This document shows, one piece after another, positions 37,923 to 48,131 of a DNA stretch of 64,000 nt. The stretch is from Candidatus Gottesmanbacteria bacterium GW2011_GWA2_43_14. Its GTDB lineage: Bacteria; Patescibacteriota; Microgenomatia; 2-02-FULL-39-11. Position 1 is the stretch's first letter. Every line of letters begins with the position of its first letter. Position numbers and translations under genes: made by a program. Below the pieces are notes generated by a model. That model made no database searches and had not been told where the DNA came from. It worked only from the letters and a program-made list of their open reading frames with translations. The stretch covers positions 69,736 to 133,735 of the forward strand of contig LCFP01000002.1 of assembly GCA_000999095.1 (NCBI GenBank). The letters run 5' to 3'.

Positions 37923-38944
37923 AATTCCTTTAAAGCCAGACCTACGGCTGTGGTATAGATCGGACTGTCAGCGGTCAAAGAATTCAAGATTTCCTCATTA
38001 GCCTGGATATTGATGAAAGGATTTGAGATTTGTGAATTGATGCCGATATTTTTGGTTGTAGAAAGCATAAGACCGGGCATTTTGGCCGTTCCGCCCAGGA
38101 TAACCACCGTCATCAGTTCCTCTTTGGGGTATTCTTCCTTAAAGTAAGCGATATTTTTTTCCATTTCGGTAAATATATTGTTAAAAAAAGGAGTGACGAT
38201 TTTATATATTTTGCCTTCAAGTTTCGATTCATCCATGCCATAAGTGTTTTTATATTCTTCAGCCTGGGCAAAATCAAATCCCAATTCTTCTGAAATGGCC
38301 CGCGTCAAAGTATTGCCTCCCAAAGGATACGTCCTGGTAAATATCATCAGGTGGTTTCTGATTAAGGCAATATCGGTATTGTTGGAACCGATCGAAACCA
38401 GCAGCAGGTTGGGCAAGGTCGGCAGTGAATGCACGACACTCCTGGCCGAAGAGATTATCTCCGTTTCCAAAGCTACCGGATTTAACCCGGCCAGATTGAT
38501 GATGCGCATGTATTTTTCAATCAGCGTAATCGGTGCCGCAACCAAAATTATCTTGAGTTTGCTATTGCTTTCACTTTTGCCGATAACTGAATAGTCAAGT
38601 TTGACTTTTGAAAGCGGCAGGGGAATATACTGTTCAGCTTCCCACTGGATACTCTGCTCGATCTCCTTTTCGTTCATTTCAGGGATTTCGATTACCTGGG
38701 TAATAACTTTGTATGAAGGTAGGGATGCGGCTACATCCGCGGAATTAACTTTCATATCGGAAACCAGCTGGTTTATGGCTTTTGCCATGATTTGCTCATC
38801 GGTTCTGCCGACCATGTCAATTTCAACTTTTGGAGTCAGAATATAGCCGGCCGATAACAGAGAAACATTATTTTTGGAACGGGACAACTGAACAGCTTTT
38901 ATTGTATGGGAACCGATGTCCAAACCGAGCAGTATTTTGGCCAT
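37919..38944 (-). CDS. pilM: Type IV pilus assembly protein PilM
   Basis: GLDIGSHTIK, WEAEQYIP, LGGTAKMPGL, AVGLALK. Confidence 0.92.
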   Translation of the reverse strand: MAKILLGLDIGSHTIKAVQLSRSKNNVSLLSAGYILTPKVEIDMVGRTDEQIMAKAINQLVSDMKVNSADVAASLPSYKVITQVIEIPEMNEKEIEQSIQWEAEQYIPLPLSKVKLDYSVIGKSESNSKLKIILVAAPITLIEKYMRIINLAGLNPVALETEIISSARSVVHSLPTLPNLLLVSIGSNNTDIALIRNHLMIFTRTYPLGGNTLTRAISEELGFDFAQAEEYKNTYGMDESKLEGKIYKIVTPFFNNIFTEMEKNIAYFKEEYPKEELMTVVILGGTAKMPGLMLSTTKNIGINSQISNPFINIQANEEILNSLTADSPIYTTAVGLALKEL

Positions 38945-39004
38945 ATATTTAGTATCTAATCACCCGGCAACAATGTCAATCCGGCAAGGAAAAAATAACT
39001 CAGG

Positions 39005-39859
39005 CTAATTTTCGGAGAAGAAGGAAAAATCAAGTAAAGTAGGCAGAACAGGAAATCCCTGGTATACCTGAATTTTTCTGACAATATTAGTATTGGTCTG
39101 GCCTATTGAAGTGATGATTTTCCCCTGCAGAGGTAAATTTTGCGCCGGATCGACTGCAAATGAAGTCGGGGCATACAATGGCTGAAGGCGCATCAAAAGC
39201 ATTAAAGCGTCAGCCGGTAAACCGAAATCATCCGTAGCCGGATCAATGTCGGAACCGGCTACTATGACTATGCGGTAAGAGTAATCACCCTGGCAATAAC
39301 CTCCCAAAATCTCAGCCGGAATGAAGTTATTACCGCGGTTTTCAGGGTCATAGGCTTTTTTGGCCACTTTATAACTGCCTGCATCCTTGTAAAAAAGTGT
39401 AATCAGAACAGCGGCTGCTCCTGTCGATTGACTTCCCCAGCAAATTTCCAAATTGCTTCCGGCAGGATAAGCATAGCCGGCCTCATTCAGACTGTCATCC
39501 GGGTTGTGGTCTAACAGCCAAACATGCTGGGTATCTCCCGGAACTGTCAAAGGCATAACCAGAGGATCACTGGAACCACCGATCGTTTTCACTGAGTAAT
39601 TGGCGGAAGCCCCAGGCAGATTTACGGTACCGGTCGGGCCAATTGCCACGTTTCCTCCTAAGGCAGTTTCAATACCGGCTTCAGCAGCGGAAAAAGCCCG
39701 TGATGACTGTTCTATTTGTGAGGTAATGCGTACATCGGTAATGGTGCGTGAAATCAGGGAAAGACCGATTGTCAAACCGACTACCGTCAGTAGGACTAAT
39801 ATCAGGACAATTTGGCCCCGGTTCTCCCTCTGCATTTTTTTTATATAGTTATTTTTCAT
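39005..39859 (-). CDS. PilX-like minor pilin
   Basis: RGQIVLILVLL.. prepilin-like N-terminus, AFSAAEAGIE. Confidence 0.8.
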   Translation of the reverse strand: MKNNYIKKMQRENRGQIVLILVLLTVVGLTIGLSLISRTITDVRITSQIEQSSRAFSAAEAGIETALGGNVAIGPTGTVNLPGASANYSVKTIGGSSDPLVMPLTVPGDTQHVWLLDHNPDDSLNEAGYAYPAGSNLEICWGSQSTGAAAVLITLFYKDAGSYKVAKKAYDPENRGNNFIPAEILGGYCQGDYSYRIVIVAGSDIDPATDDFGLPADALMLLMRLQPLYAPTSFAVDPAQNLPLQGKIITSIGQTNTNIVRKIQVYQGFPVLPTLLDFSFFSEN

Positions 39860-42800
39860 GGTGATAAATCCTGCCAGTTCACCCTGGACCGGCCCAGGAA
39901 CGGCAATAGCTTTACCAAATAGCCTGGCTGGTATATGAACTGGTAGGTCGGTATATTCTGGTCAATAAAAGTCCTGGCAAAATTAAACCGTTTGGCATAA
40001 AGCATACCGTCAATGATTATCGGCAGATCGGATGAGGCTATACTGATAGTCTGGCTGCTGATGTAAAGCCCTGGAATCCGGCTGACATTGGCACCGATCT
40101 GGATATAGCCGTTAACAATAAATACCACAATGTCCTCAGGATCGGCAAGAGAAAAATTATCACTAATTTCCATAGTGCCGGAAACAAGCATCACTGTTAC
40201 ATCAGGACCGGCGGTACGGTTGCCGTCAAAAGACGGATCAAGTGTATATAATCCAGATCCCAGGTAAGCATAAACGGAATTTTGCTCATCCAAATCACCC
40301 GAACCTTCAGGAGTGGGGGTGGGAGCGGAAACATTGGGTAAAACAATAACGGTATACATCGATTTGCCCGTAGCTCCGTTTGTGCCGACCGTGACTGTGC
40401 CCGCCGGAAATTCTTTGGCATAAAGACGGAAATTTTTAGGTATATTTTCACTGTTAACAAGATAAAAACCCGTATCAGTCCAGCCGGAAAGCCAGGCGGG
40501 TTTAGGTGTAATAGTACTTTCATGAGCGACATAAGCGGTAACGTCAATATTGACTTCAAAGGTCACCAATGGTTCTGTAGTATAAGCCCGGGAATCATTG
40601 GCTGATTGTACCCAGGCAGCACCCAGGAATTCGGCAGGAATTGAGTTCAAAACATAAGTTCTGTCACCGAACTGGGTATCTCCTGTCTGTAAATTGCTTT
40701 TAATATGCCAGTCAACAGCATTGGCCATATCATTTACTGCCAAATTGGAAATAGCCAGGGGAGCCGGCGTGACTTCAGCCGGGGCATTGATTACACCGAT
40801 TACATTATTGTTTACACTTTTAGCCTTGTTTTTCAATGATTCCCAATAGTAGCTGAATGAATAGGCGTTGGTAAACGTCCCCGGAACTTCCCAGTCAATT
40901 GGAGCGGATGATCCCAAACCGTAGTTGCCGCTGCCGCTGTTGGACCAGATCAGGCCGGCTGAATAAGGATTTTCGACCGGAGTCGGCAGGAGATCAAGGA
41001 AGTACTTGCCGCTGGGTACGGGCTGATTTATCACTGGCTGATAGATATCGCCGCCGAGAATTTGCAGCCAGGCACCCAAGGTGGGTGTCGGTGTGACTGT
41101 CGGACTTGGGGGCACTGCTGTCGGTCCTCCCGGTGTCGGTGTATTTCCGTAATTTATCCTGGGGGCGGTGAAACTGCCTCCGGTATCGGATTTTTCAGAG
41201 ATATTGCCTGCTGAATCCTGAGTGGCCACTTCGGCATATAACTCCTGGCCGTCTTCAACAACCACTGTTATGGAAGTCTGATCTCCAATCCAGCCTGGAT
41301 CCCAGCTCTCTCCGGTCGAAGTCCAGAAGTAAGGATGGTAATTGACGGTATTGGCACAGCCCTCAGAAACAGTTTCAAACCAGGTGCATGTAAAAAAGGA
41401 TTCTCCTGTAACATAATTCTGGTAATCCAAAGTGCATACCGGCGGATCAGGCGGTTCAGGGGGAGTATAATCTAAAGAAAGCAACCTGGAAGGTGCCTGT
41501 CCCGAATCAGGGCAGGATGAAGACTGGGTTATGGCTGACCACCAGAATGACTCAGTCTGATTCAACTCCATCTCTCCCGGCGTCCAGACACTATCACCTG
41601 AAGGTATGACGGAATTCCCGTTTACGTCCAGTCCGTTTGATAAGAAAAAATGAGCCCAGACATTATCGCCGTTGGGATCTTCAACGTAAGCTGAAAAGTC
41701 AGGCTTAAAGTTCAGGCAGACATCGTGTTCCGGAGACTGCAAATCAGGTGTGGGTAAAGTTTGACATTCAGTCGGCGGTTCAATGGCTGAAGTCGGGGTT
41801 ACCTGGGCAGTCGGGGCAATTCCGGAAAGAGTCGGAGTCGGGGTGTTTTCAGGCAGGCCGCCGCCGGGTGGTGTCGGAGTCGGGGTGCCCGGCTGATAGG
41901 TTGGAGTTATGGTTATATAAGGAAAATCAACAATAACTTCACTGCCGGCCACGATAGCCATCTGGGGATTTGTATAATTGAGATAAGGTACTGAATTCGC
42001 TGGTTCCGATAAAAGCTCAACCGTATAAATACCGTCAATGGTATTACTAAAACGGTAATTGCCCAATATTCCGGAAATCTGGGAATTTTGACTGGTAGTG
42101 GAATTATAAAGTGTTCCGTACAAATTTATGCCTATTCCGCCGATTAATCCTTCTGAGGCTGCCGTAGACCTGTTTATATTATTATTGGTTTCGTTGTAAA
42201 GCCAACCGTAAATCTGGTATTGCGTGGGGGTCGGGGAGGAAGTCGGTTGCGGTGCAGGCCTAATTGCTAATCCGTTCATCACCCAGTCAGTATTTCCGGA
42301 AAACAGATGATTGACATTGTCTGAACCGGAAACAGCCAGCATACGGTCATGAATATAAAGACGTGTTCTTACACCCACAAAATCGGTGGCTCTCTGAGTG
42401 TAATCAGGATCAGCAGTCTGGATAGTTGTATTCCTGGCATCAGTAGCTGCGAATAAAACCGAATTCGGGGTCGTTGAAGTTAAAGTCAAAAGCGAATTGG
42501 TGTTATTAACACCTCCGGTACAGGTAGTATCATTCTGACCCAAGGTATTTGAACCGGCCCAGTTTTGCACCGGATTTGCCGGATCCGCCCCGGAATAGCC
42601 GGATACGGAGCCAACGACCTCAGAAACTGACACTCCATAATTAATGGTTACATTCCCATTAGCCGGAGAACCGAAGGCGGTCCAAATATCCATGCGACTG
42701 GCGCTGTTTGCTGAACACTGAGTTCTCCTCTTAGTCCAGGATAAACCTAACCCGCTGACAGCGGATACCGTTGATGTACCCCTGTTAGCAGCTGTCACGA

Positions 42801-43041
42801 CATACAGCCTGTTGGTACCGCCCGTAGCCGGACAGACCACCTGGGTGACATTTGTACCTTTACAGATCTGCGTAATTATGTGGGTAGGAATAATCGGTGT
42901 CGGTGTCGGTGCTGAAGTTATTTCAGGTATGGTTGGATATTGGGCTTGGGCTTGTCTGCCCCATGAGCGTGAAATCAATCCGGTTAAGAATACTATTACC
43001 ACTAATGGAATAATAGACAACCAATACCTTTTGCCAAGCAT
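39856..43041 (-). CDS. Large secreted multidomain pilus-associated adhesin-like protein
   Basis: Signal peptide, Pro/Thr linkers, SdrD-B-like and Cys-containing beta domains; overlaps the pilX start. Confidence 0.65.
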   Translation of the reverse strand: MLGKRYWLSIIPLVVIVFLTGLISRSWGRQAQAQYPTIPEITSAPTPTPIIPTHIITQICKGTNVTQVVCPATGGTNRLYVVTAANRGTSTVSAVSGLGLSWTKRRTQCSANSASRMDIWTAFGSPANGNVTINYGVSVSEVVGSVSGYSGADPANPVQNWAGSNTLGQNDTTCTGGVNNTNSLLTLTSTTPNSVLFAATDARNTTIQTADPDYTQRATDFVGVRTRLYIHDRMLAVSGSDNVNHLFSGNTDWVMNGLAIRPAPQPTSSPTPTQYQIYGWLYNETNNNINRSTAASEGLIGGIGINLYGTLYNSTTSQNSQISGILGNYRFSNTIDGIYTVELLSEPANSVPYLNYTNPQMAIVAGSEVIVDFPYITITPTYQPGTPTPTPPGGGLPENTPTPTLSGIAPTAQVTPTSAIEPPTECQTLPTPDLQSPEHDVCLNFKPDFSAYVEDPNGDNVWAHFFLSNGLDVNGNSVIPSGDSVWTPGEMELNQTESFWWSAITQSSSCPDSGQAPSRLLSLDYTPPEPPDPPVCTLDYQNYVTGESFFTCTWFETVSEGCANTVNYHPYFWTSTGESWDPGWIGDQTSITVVVEDGQELYAEVATQDSAGNISEKSDTGGSFTAPRINYGNTPTPGGPTAVPPSPTVTPTPTLGAWLQILGGDIYQPVINQPVPSGKYFLDLLPTPVENPYSAGLIWSNSGSGNYGLGSSAPIDWEVPGTFTNAYSFSYYWESLKNKAKSVNNNVIGVINAPAEVTPAPLAISNLAVNDMANAVDWHIKSNLQTGDTQFGDRTYVLNSIPAEFLGAAWVQSANDSRAYTTEPLVTFEVNIDVTAYVAHESTITPKPAWLSGWTDTGFYLVNSENIPKNFRLYAKEFPAGTVTVGTNGATGKSMYTVIVLPNVSAPTPTPEGSGDLDEQNSVYAYLGSGLYTLDPSFDGNRTAGPDVTVMLVSGTMEISDNFSLADPEDIVVFIVNGYIQIGANVSRIPGLYISSQTISIASSDLPIIIDGMLYAKRFNFARTFIDQNIPTYQFIYQPGYLVKLLPFLGRSRVNWQDLSP

Positions 43042-43072
43042 GATTTAAGAATAGTAATTTGACCCGGTAAAG

Positions 43073-44791
43073 TCAATGAATAATGTTGGCCGCACATGAT
43101 TTAACTTCCTCAGGAGAAAAAGAGATTGATTGGACATTTTTTTTTGCCGATTCGAGATATGCTCTGAAGTCATAATCCGCGGGAAAATCCCTGTTTAAAT
43201 GGAAATGAAACACCGGGCAAAGCCTTGTGGAAATCGATAGGTAGGCATATGCCTTATCCGGATTATCCTGGTTAAAAGCATCTTCAGCCTGGGAGATATA
43301 ATATAAATAGTCCTTCTTCAACAGGCTTTCACTGTCCAGCATATTCAATTCAATTGCCCGACTTAAAAGGACATGGGCCATGTCAGCATATCCCCTCATC
43401 CAATATATCTCGGCTGATTTAAGATAAAGTTCCCGGTTTGACCCGTCCCAGATCAATCCATCGGACAGCACTTTCCGGGCGCCGTCAAAATCACCTTTAT
43501 CAATCAGCTTTTCCGCGTTTTGCATTCGTTTTTCAGTTGTCGGAAGCACTAAAGAACCAACCGTACCTGCGGTCAGCAGCAAAAGTATAAAAAAAAGGGG
43601 CAACCGGATTTGAAACTTTTTACCTTTGGGGACAACCAGAGCTAAAAAGATTAAAAAATACAGCATCAGGGAAAGGAATTGCCAGTCATAATCCATCAGA
43701 TTATGCATCAGTGAAACAAAAAGGACTGTCAGTGCAGTTAAAACCTGTCTGCTGCCGGGACCCGAAAAAAATGACCTGAGAAATAACTGCAAAGATATAC
43801 AGAGGAATAAAACAAACAATAAAACTCCAATCAGTCCCGTATCTGACAACAACTGCAGAATGAAATTATGAGCATACCATGACCATGATAATGGCTGTGT
43901 CTGGTACTTTTGGGATATGTACCGGAAAGTGTCAGGCCCGTTTCCGATGAGAGGCGATTGCCGGAAACCGGAAAGTGACTGGAGGAAATAGCCGGTTCTT
44001 TGTTCAAATCTGAATGGCTTATAATATCCTGCCGGCCTGCCGCTTAAATTAAGGAATTCCGAGTAAAAGTAAGTAAATATAACAAAAACAAAAGATGCCG
44101 CCACAACTGCTTTTGCCGACTTCCGGCTGTACTTCAGCAGATTGGGATCTTTGAAAAATAAAATGGCAACAAGTGACGCTGCCAGGGAAAGATTGGCTCC
44201 GCGGCCGCCTGATAATAACAGCATTCCCGTAAATAAAACCAGAAAACCCATATTAAGCCATTTTTTCCCGTTAATCGGATAGTTAAAAATTAAGACGGGT
44301 ATGGCTAAAATCAAAACCGCGGAGATCCGGTTATGGCCGAAAGAGGCAAAAAATAAGTTCATGCCGTGAGGCAGAGGTAATCGGGGAATAAATTTGTAAA
44401 TTACCGCAAAAAGAGTCAGTACTGTGCTGTTAAAAATTAAGGAAAAATAAAGTAGTCTCCTGGCTTTATTTTTGGCCTCATCTTCCAGCTGACTTACGTA
44501 AATAAAAATTAATAAATAGGCGAGATAACGGAGGACTTCCGCCAGCGAGTAATATAAGGAAGATGAAAACGGTAAAATCAGCACTGTCCAAATTACAAAT
44601 ATTAAAAATAAAATGGACGGTAGGCCGCCGACAAAACTGCGTCGTAAGATTTTTGCCGACAGGATAAGGGAAAATATGACTAAAACCAGTAAAGCAACAG
44701 ACCTATTAACGGATTCAACAAGTGGCAGGGCGAAAAGAAGGCAAAATACGGATAGGGAAAAATATTTTGCGGTCCTTATGAAAATGTTCAT
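43073..44791 (-). CDS. O-antigen ligase-like (Wzy_C) protein with C-terminal TPR
   Basis: FGHNR, SGGRGA, GNGPDTF, AHNFILQ, TPR-like tail. Confidence 0.8.
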   Translation of the reverse strand: MNIFIRTAKYFSLSVFCLLFALPLVESVNRSVALLVLVIFSLILSAKILRRSFVGGLPSILFLIFVIWTVLILPFSSSLYYSLAEVLRYLAYLLIFIYVSQLEDEAKNKARRLLYFSLIFNSTVLTLFAVIYKFIPRLPLPHGMNLFFASFGHNRISAVLILAIPVLIFNYPINGKKWLNMGFLVLFTGMLLLSGGRGANLSLAASLVAILFFKDPNLLKYSRKSAKAVVAASFVFVIFTYFYSEFLNLSGRPAGYYKPFRFEQRTGYFLQSLSGFRQSPLIGNGPDTFRYISQKYQTQPLSWSWYAHNFILQLLSDTGLIGVLLFVLFLCISLQLFLRSFFSGPGSRQVLTALTVLFVSLMHNLMDYDWQFLSLMLYFLIFLALVVPKGKKFQIRLPLFFILLLLTAGTVGSLVLPTTEKRMQNAEKLIDKGDFDGARKVLSDGLIWDGSNRELYLKSAEIYWMRGYADMAHVLLSRAIELNMLDSESLLKKDYLYYISQAEDAFNQDNPDKAYAYLSISTRLCPVFHFHLNRDFPADYDFRAYLESAKKNVQSISFSPEEVKSCAANIIH

Positions 44792-44884
44792 TGATCTTAA
44801 TACTTTTTACCCGGAATTATTCTATGTCAAGCCGGGTTTTTAATAAAGGATGAAAGACGGATCAATAATATATAATACCTTCAA

Positions 44885-46048
44885 ATGAAAATCGCCATGG
44901 TTGTTTATGCCCAATATTCCCGCGATGCCAGAGTCAGGCGTTATGCCGAAAGCCTGGCAGGCAAAGGACACCAGGTTGATATTATTTGTTTAAAGGAGGA
45001 TTATTCACCGCAATATAAAAAGCTGAAGCTTTATAAGTTTCCTTTTCCCAGAAGAAGGAAAAACTTTTCCTGGTATTTTTTAGAGTACGGTTTATTTTTT
45101 TGCTATACTTTCGGTCTTCTGTCAATTCTCTCTTTGTTCAAAAAATATAAGATTGTCCATATTCACAATATGCCGGATTTCCTGGTTTTTACTGCCGTTA
45201 TGCCCAAATTCCGGGGCAGCCGGATCATTCTTGACATGCATGATCCCATGCCGGAACTGTTGATGACTAAATACCGTTTGAATCACTCCCACTGGCTGAT
45301 GAATTTGGTATATTTTTTGGAGAGGCAAGCCTTTATTTTCGCCGACAAAATAATAACTGCCAACAGTGAGTTTAAAAAGATATTTTTGGAAAGGCAGACT
45401 ATTTCCGCTGATAAGATTGAAGTCATACTGAATTACCCTGATCCCAAATTATTTAAACCCGTGAGCAGAAAAACGGCATCGGAAAATTTCATTTTAATGT
45501 ACATGGGAACAGTTGACGAGCGTTTCGGGCTGGATATCGCCTTGGAGGCAATCCCGGCAATTAAAAATAAAATTCCTCAAATCAAGTTGATTATCATCCC
45601 GAAAATATCCGGCGAGGGCAATTACTACAGCCAATTAGTGCAGCGTATTACCAAGCTGAAAATCGGACGGTATGTGGAAATACGTAAGCCGGTGGCGCTG
45701 GATGAAATCGCCAAAGAAATTCACCTGGCTGATATCGGGTTAACCTTGGTCAAAAAAAATCTTTTTACGGAAAAAATCTTACCTTTGAAACTGACGGAAT
45801 TTATGGCGGGCGGTATTCCCGTGATTGCCACAAGAACCAAACTACTGAGCAGATATTTTTCCGGCAAAATGATCTGTTATCTTACGGAAAATACTTCAGC
45901 GGAATTCAGCCGTAAAGTTCTGTTTCTATACCGGAATAAAAAACAAAGGGAATTATACGGCAAAAATGCCCTGTTGTTTTTCCGGAAATATAACTGGCAC
46001 ATGGAAGAAAAAAAATATTACCGCATAATCCGGACATTGACACAGTAA
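44885..46048 (+). CDS. Glycosyltransferase family 4
   Basis: DARVRRYA, HIHNMPD, PLKLTEFMAGGIPV. Confidence 0.88.
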   Translation: MKIAMVVYAQYSRDARVRRYAESLAGKGHQVDIICLKEDYSPQYKKLKLYKFPFPRRRKNFSWYFLEYGLFFCYTFGLLSILSLFKKYKIVHIHNMPDFLVFTAVMPKFRGSRIILDMHDPMPELLMTKYRLNHSHWLMNLVYFLERQAFIFADKIITANSEFKKIFLERQTISADKIEVILNYPDPKLFKPVSRKTASENFILMYMGTVDERFGLDIALEAIPAIKNKIPQIKLIIIPKISGEGNYYSQLVQRITKLKIGRYVEIRKPVALDEIAKEIHLADIGLTLVKKNLFTEKILPLKLTEFMAGGIPVIATRTKLLSRYFSGKMICYLTENTSAEFSRKVLFLYRNKKQRELYGKNALLFFRKYNWHMEEKKYYRIIRTLTQ

Positions 46049-47325
46049 TGACGTACTCCCGAATATTAAATCTTCTGATAAAAAAAAAACAGATAATAGT
46101 CAGTGCTGAAGGCGGCAGCATGCTGCCCGTACTTCATCCCGGTGATGTGCTGTATCTGACGAAAACCAATTTCTCAAAAGTCAATGAAGGGGAAATCATT
46201 TTTGCCAAAAAAAAAGGTAAATTTTTCATCCACAGGATAATTTATAAAGGGAAGAATTATCTTATCACCAAAGGAGACGCAAACCGTGTTTCAGACGGTA
46301 AAATTGCACCGGGTCAAATTTTTGCCAAACTGATTAAACTGAAAAGGCAAGGCCGGATTCTTTCTCCGGAATACTATAACCTCATCCAGTCCACCTATTA
46401 CATCAGGGAAATAAACCGTGTAATAAAGGCTTTTAAACGCCATCAGCTTGATTATGTGTTCCTAAAAGGTTTACCCCTTTATCTTTATCTTCAGAAGATG
46501 ATCCCATTGCGTTTCTATGCAGATTGTGATCTTTTGATCGCCCGGAAGGATTACCGGAAGGCAGCCTTTCTTTTGGAAAAAATAGGATTTAAATTCAATG
46601 ACCGGTCATTTTCCGGCCTCCATCGTCTGCTTAAAAAAAAACCGACCGAATATATGTTTATCAAGAAAAAAGGGGTTTTCCCGGTAGTTCTGGATATCCA
46701 CTTGGAACCGGTATTTTTAATGAACCAGTTAAGCGGGCTGGATTGCTTATATCCCCAACTTTACCTCGATAAATTATCCTCGGATTTTCTTAAAAAAAAG
46801 CAAGACGCCGTCATCAACAACAGTATGTTCAGACTGCTGTCTTCCTCTCATCAAATCATTTATCTTGCCCTTCATTTTTTCCATCACAATTTCAGGGGTT
46901 TTCACAGATTACAGCTTCTCCGGGATTCAGTTCAACATTATTCGGGACCATGGGAGAAACCGGCTGAAATGATTAAAAAATACAAGCTGGATAATTTCGT
47001 TTACCCTGCATTTGCGGCCGTTAAGCGCTTCTACCCGGGGACATTAACCGGCAAATACCTGACTGCTATAACTCCTTCGGCCGCAGTCTTAGATAAAACA
47101 AAAGCAATATTGAAGGATATTGAACTTTCTTCTGAAGAAAGCCAACTGAAAGAGGGAATCGAGAGGTTTATGAATATATTTCTGTTTTCCCCTCAGCCGA
47201 ATTTAAAAAAAATATCCGTATTCCTCAATCCGCAGGTTCTATATTCAATTTTATTCACAGTTTTTGAACAGCTGCAACATATTGACCGGTTGATATTTCT
47301 TAAGAAAAAATCCGCCGAATCGTAA
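46048..47325 (+). CDS. S24/S26 peptidase fused to nucleotidyltransferase (NTP_transf_5-like)
   Basis: GGSMLP..GD, HRII, TKGDAN; then FLKG, R.YADCDLL, LDIH, YLALH. Confidence 0.85.
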   Translation: MTYSRILNLLIKKKQIIVSAEGGSMLPVLHPGDVLYLTKTNFSKVNEGEIIFAKKKGKFFIHRIIYKGKNYLITKGDANRVSDGKIAPGQIFAKLIKLKRQGRILSPEYYNLIQSTYYIREINRVIKAFKRHQLDYVFLKGLPLYLYLQKMIPLRFYADCDLLIARKDYRKAAFLLEKIGFKFNDRSFSGLHRLLKKKPTEYMFIKKKGVFPVVLDIHLEPVFLMNQLSGLDCLYPQLYLDKLSSDFLKKKQDAVINNSMFRLLSSSHQIIYLALHFFHHNFRGFHRLQLLRDSVQHYSGPWEKPAEMIKKYKLDNFVYPAFAAVKRFYPGTLTGKYLTAITPSAAVLDKTKAILKDIELSSEESQLKEGIERFMNIFLFSPQPNLKKISVFLNPQVLYSILFTVFEQLQHIDRLIFLKKKSAES

Positions 47326-47373
47326 TTGACGGGCAATGATTTATAGCCTATTCTGAGAGTAGTATGTATTAAT

Positions 47374-47934
47374 ATGGCTAAACTACTGAAAACAGCCTTT
47401 GTTATTCTATTGGTCATAAGTTTTATTGAGGTTTTTTATTATTTATTTTACTTGAATTCCTTTAAACTGCTGTTCTCCAAACCGGATACAGCTGATATCA
47501 GCGGGAAACAGGCTGTTAATGAAACGGAGCCTCCTGGTACTCCGGCTATATCGGTCACTCCTGCCGTTCATCCCGATGTATTAGAACGGCTGCGTAATTA
47601 TAAGTATGATCCCAAATCGAAAATGTCGATTAAAACTGAATTACAAACAGAGATAAAAGACATCGATTATGACGGCAGGCAAAGTGGAGGGGATTTTTAC
47701 CCGTTTGCCTTAAAAATCGTCACTACCTCCGGAAGAGATTTTTGGATGTACTTTCCTAATTTCTTATATCAAAAGGTAAAAGTCTACTCGAAAACTGACG
47801 GAGTAGATCAACCGCTGAAGCCTGGGGATCTAAAAATCGGGGATACTGTCCTGCTGGTAGAAACATATAATCCTCGTTTTGCTCCTGATAATCCTGAACA
47901 GGTTATTAGTTATGAAATATTCAGGATTCAATAG
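47374..47934 (+). CDS. Membrane-anchored hypothetical protein (paralog of 25881-26438)
   Basis: TM ending IEVFYYL; C-terminal DLKIGDTV. Confidence 0.65.
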   Translation: MAKLLKTAFVILLVISFIEVFYYLFYLNSFKLLFSKPDTADISGKQAVNETEPPGTPAISVTPAVHPDVLERLRNYKYDPKSKMSIKTELQTEIKDIDYDGRQSGGDFYPFALKIVTTSGRDFWMYFPNFLYQKVKVYSKTDGVDQPLKPGDLKIGDTVLLVETYNPRFAPDNPEQVISYEIFRIQ

Positions 47935-47939
47935 CCCAT

Positions 47940-48131
47940 ATGCCTCACAGTCGTAAAAGAAGTTCGTCTAAAAAATATAGTAGACCAAAATTAACCCTTT
48001 CCAAAGTAAAATTAAATCTGTTTTCATTTCCTTTGGAATATTTTCCGGATGAGGATTTTTTTTTAAATTCGGTTAATGCAGCAGTTTATTGTCCTGGTTT
48101 TTGTGATCCGGAAGCCTGCAATAAATGCTGA
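47940..48131 (+). CDS. RiPP-like precursor peptide (63 aa, Cys-rich C-terminus)
   Basis: YSRPKL..KVKLNLF leader shared with 22101-22595; VNA|AVYCPGFCDPEACNKC. Confidence 0.75.
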   Translation: MPHSRKRSSSKKYSRPKLTLSKVKLNLFSFPLEYFPDEDFFLNSVNAAVYCPGFCDPEACNKC

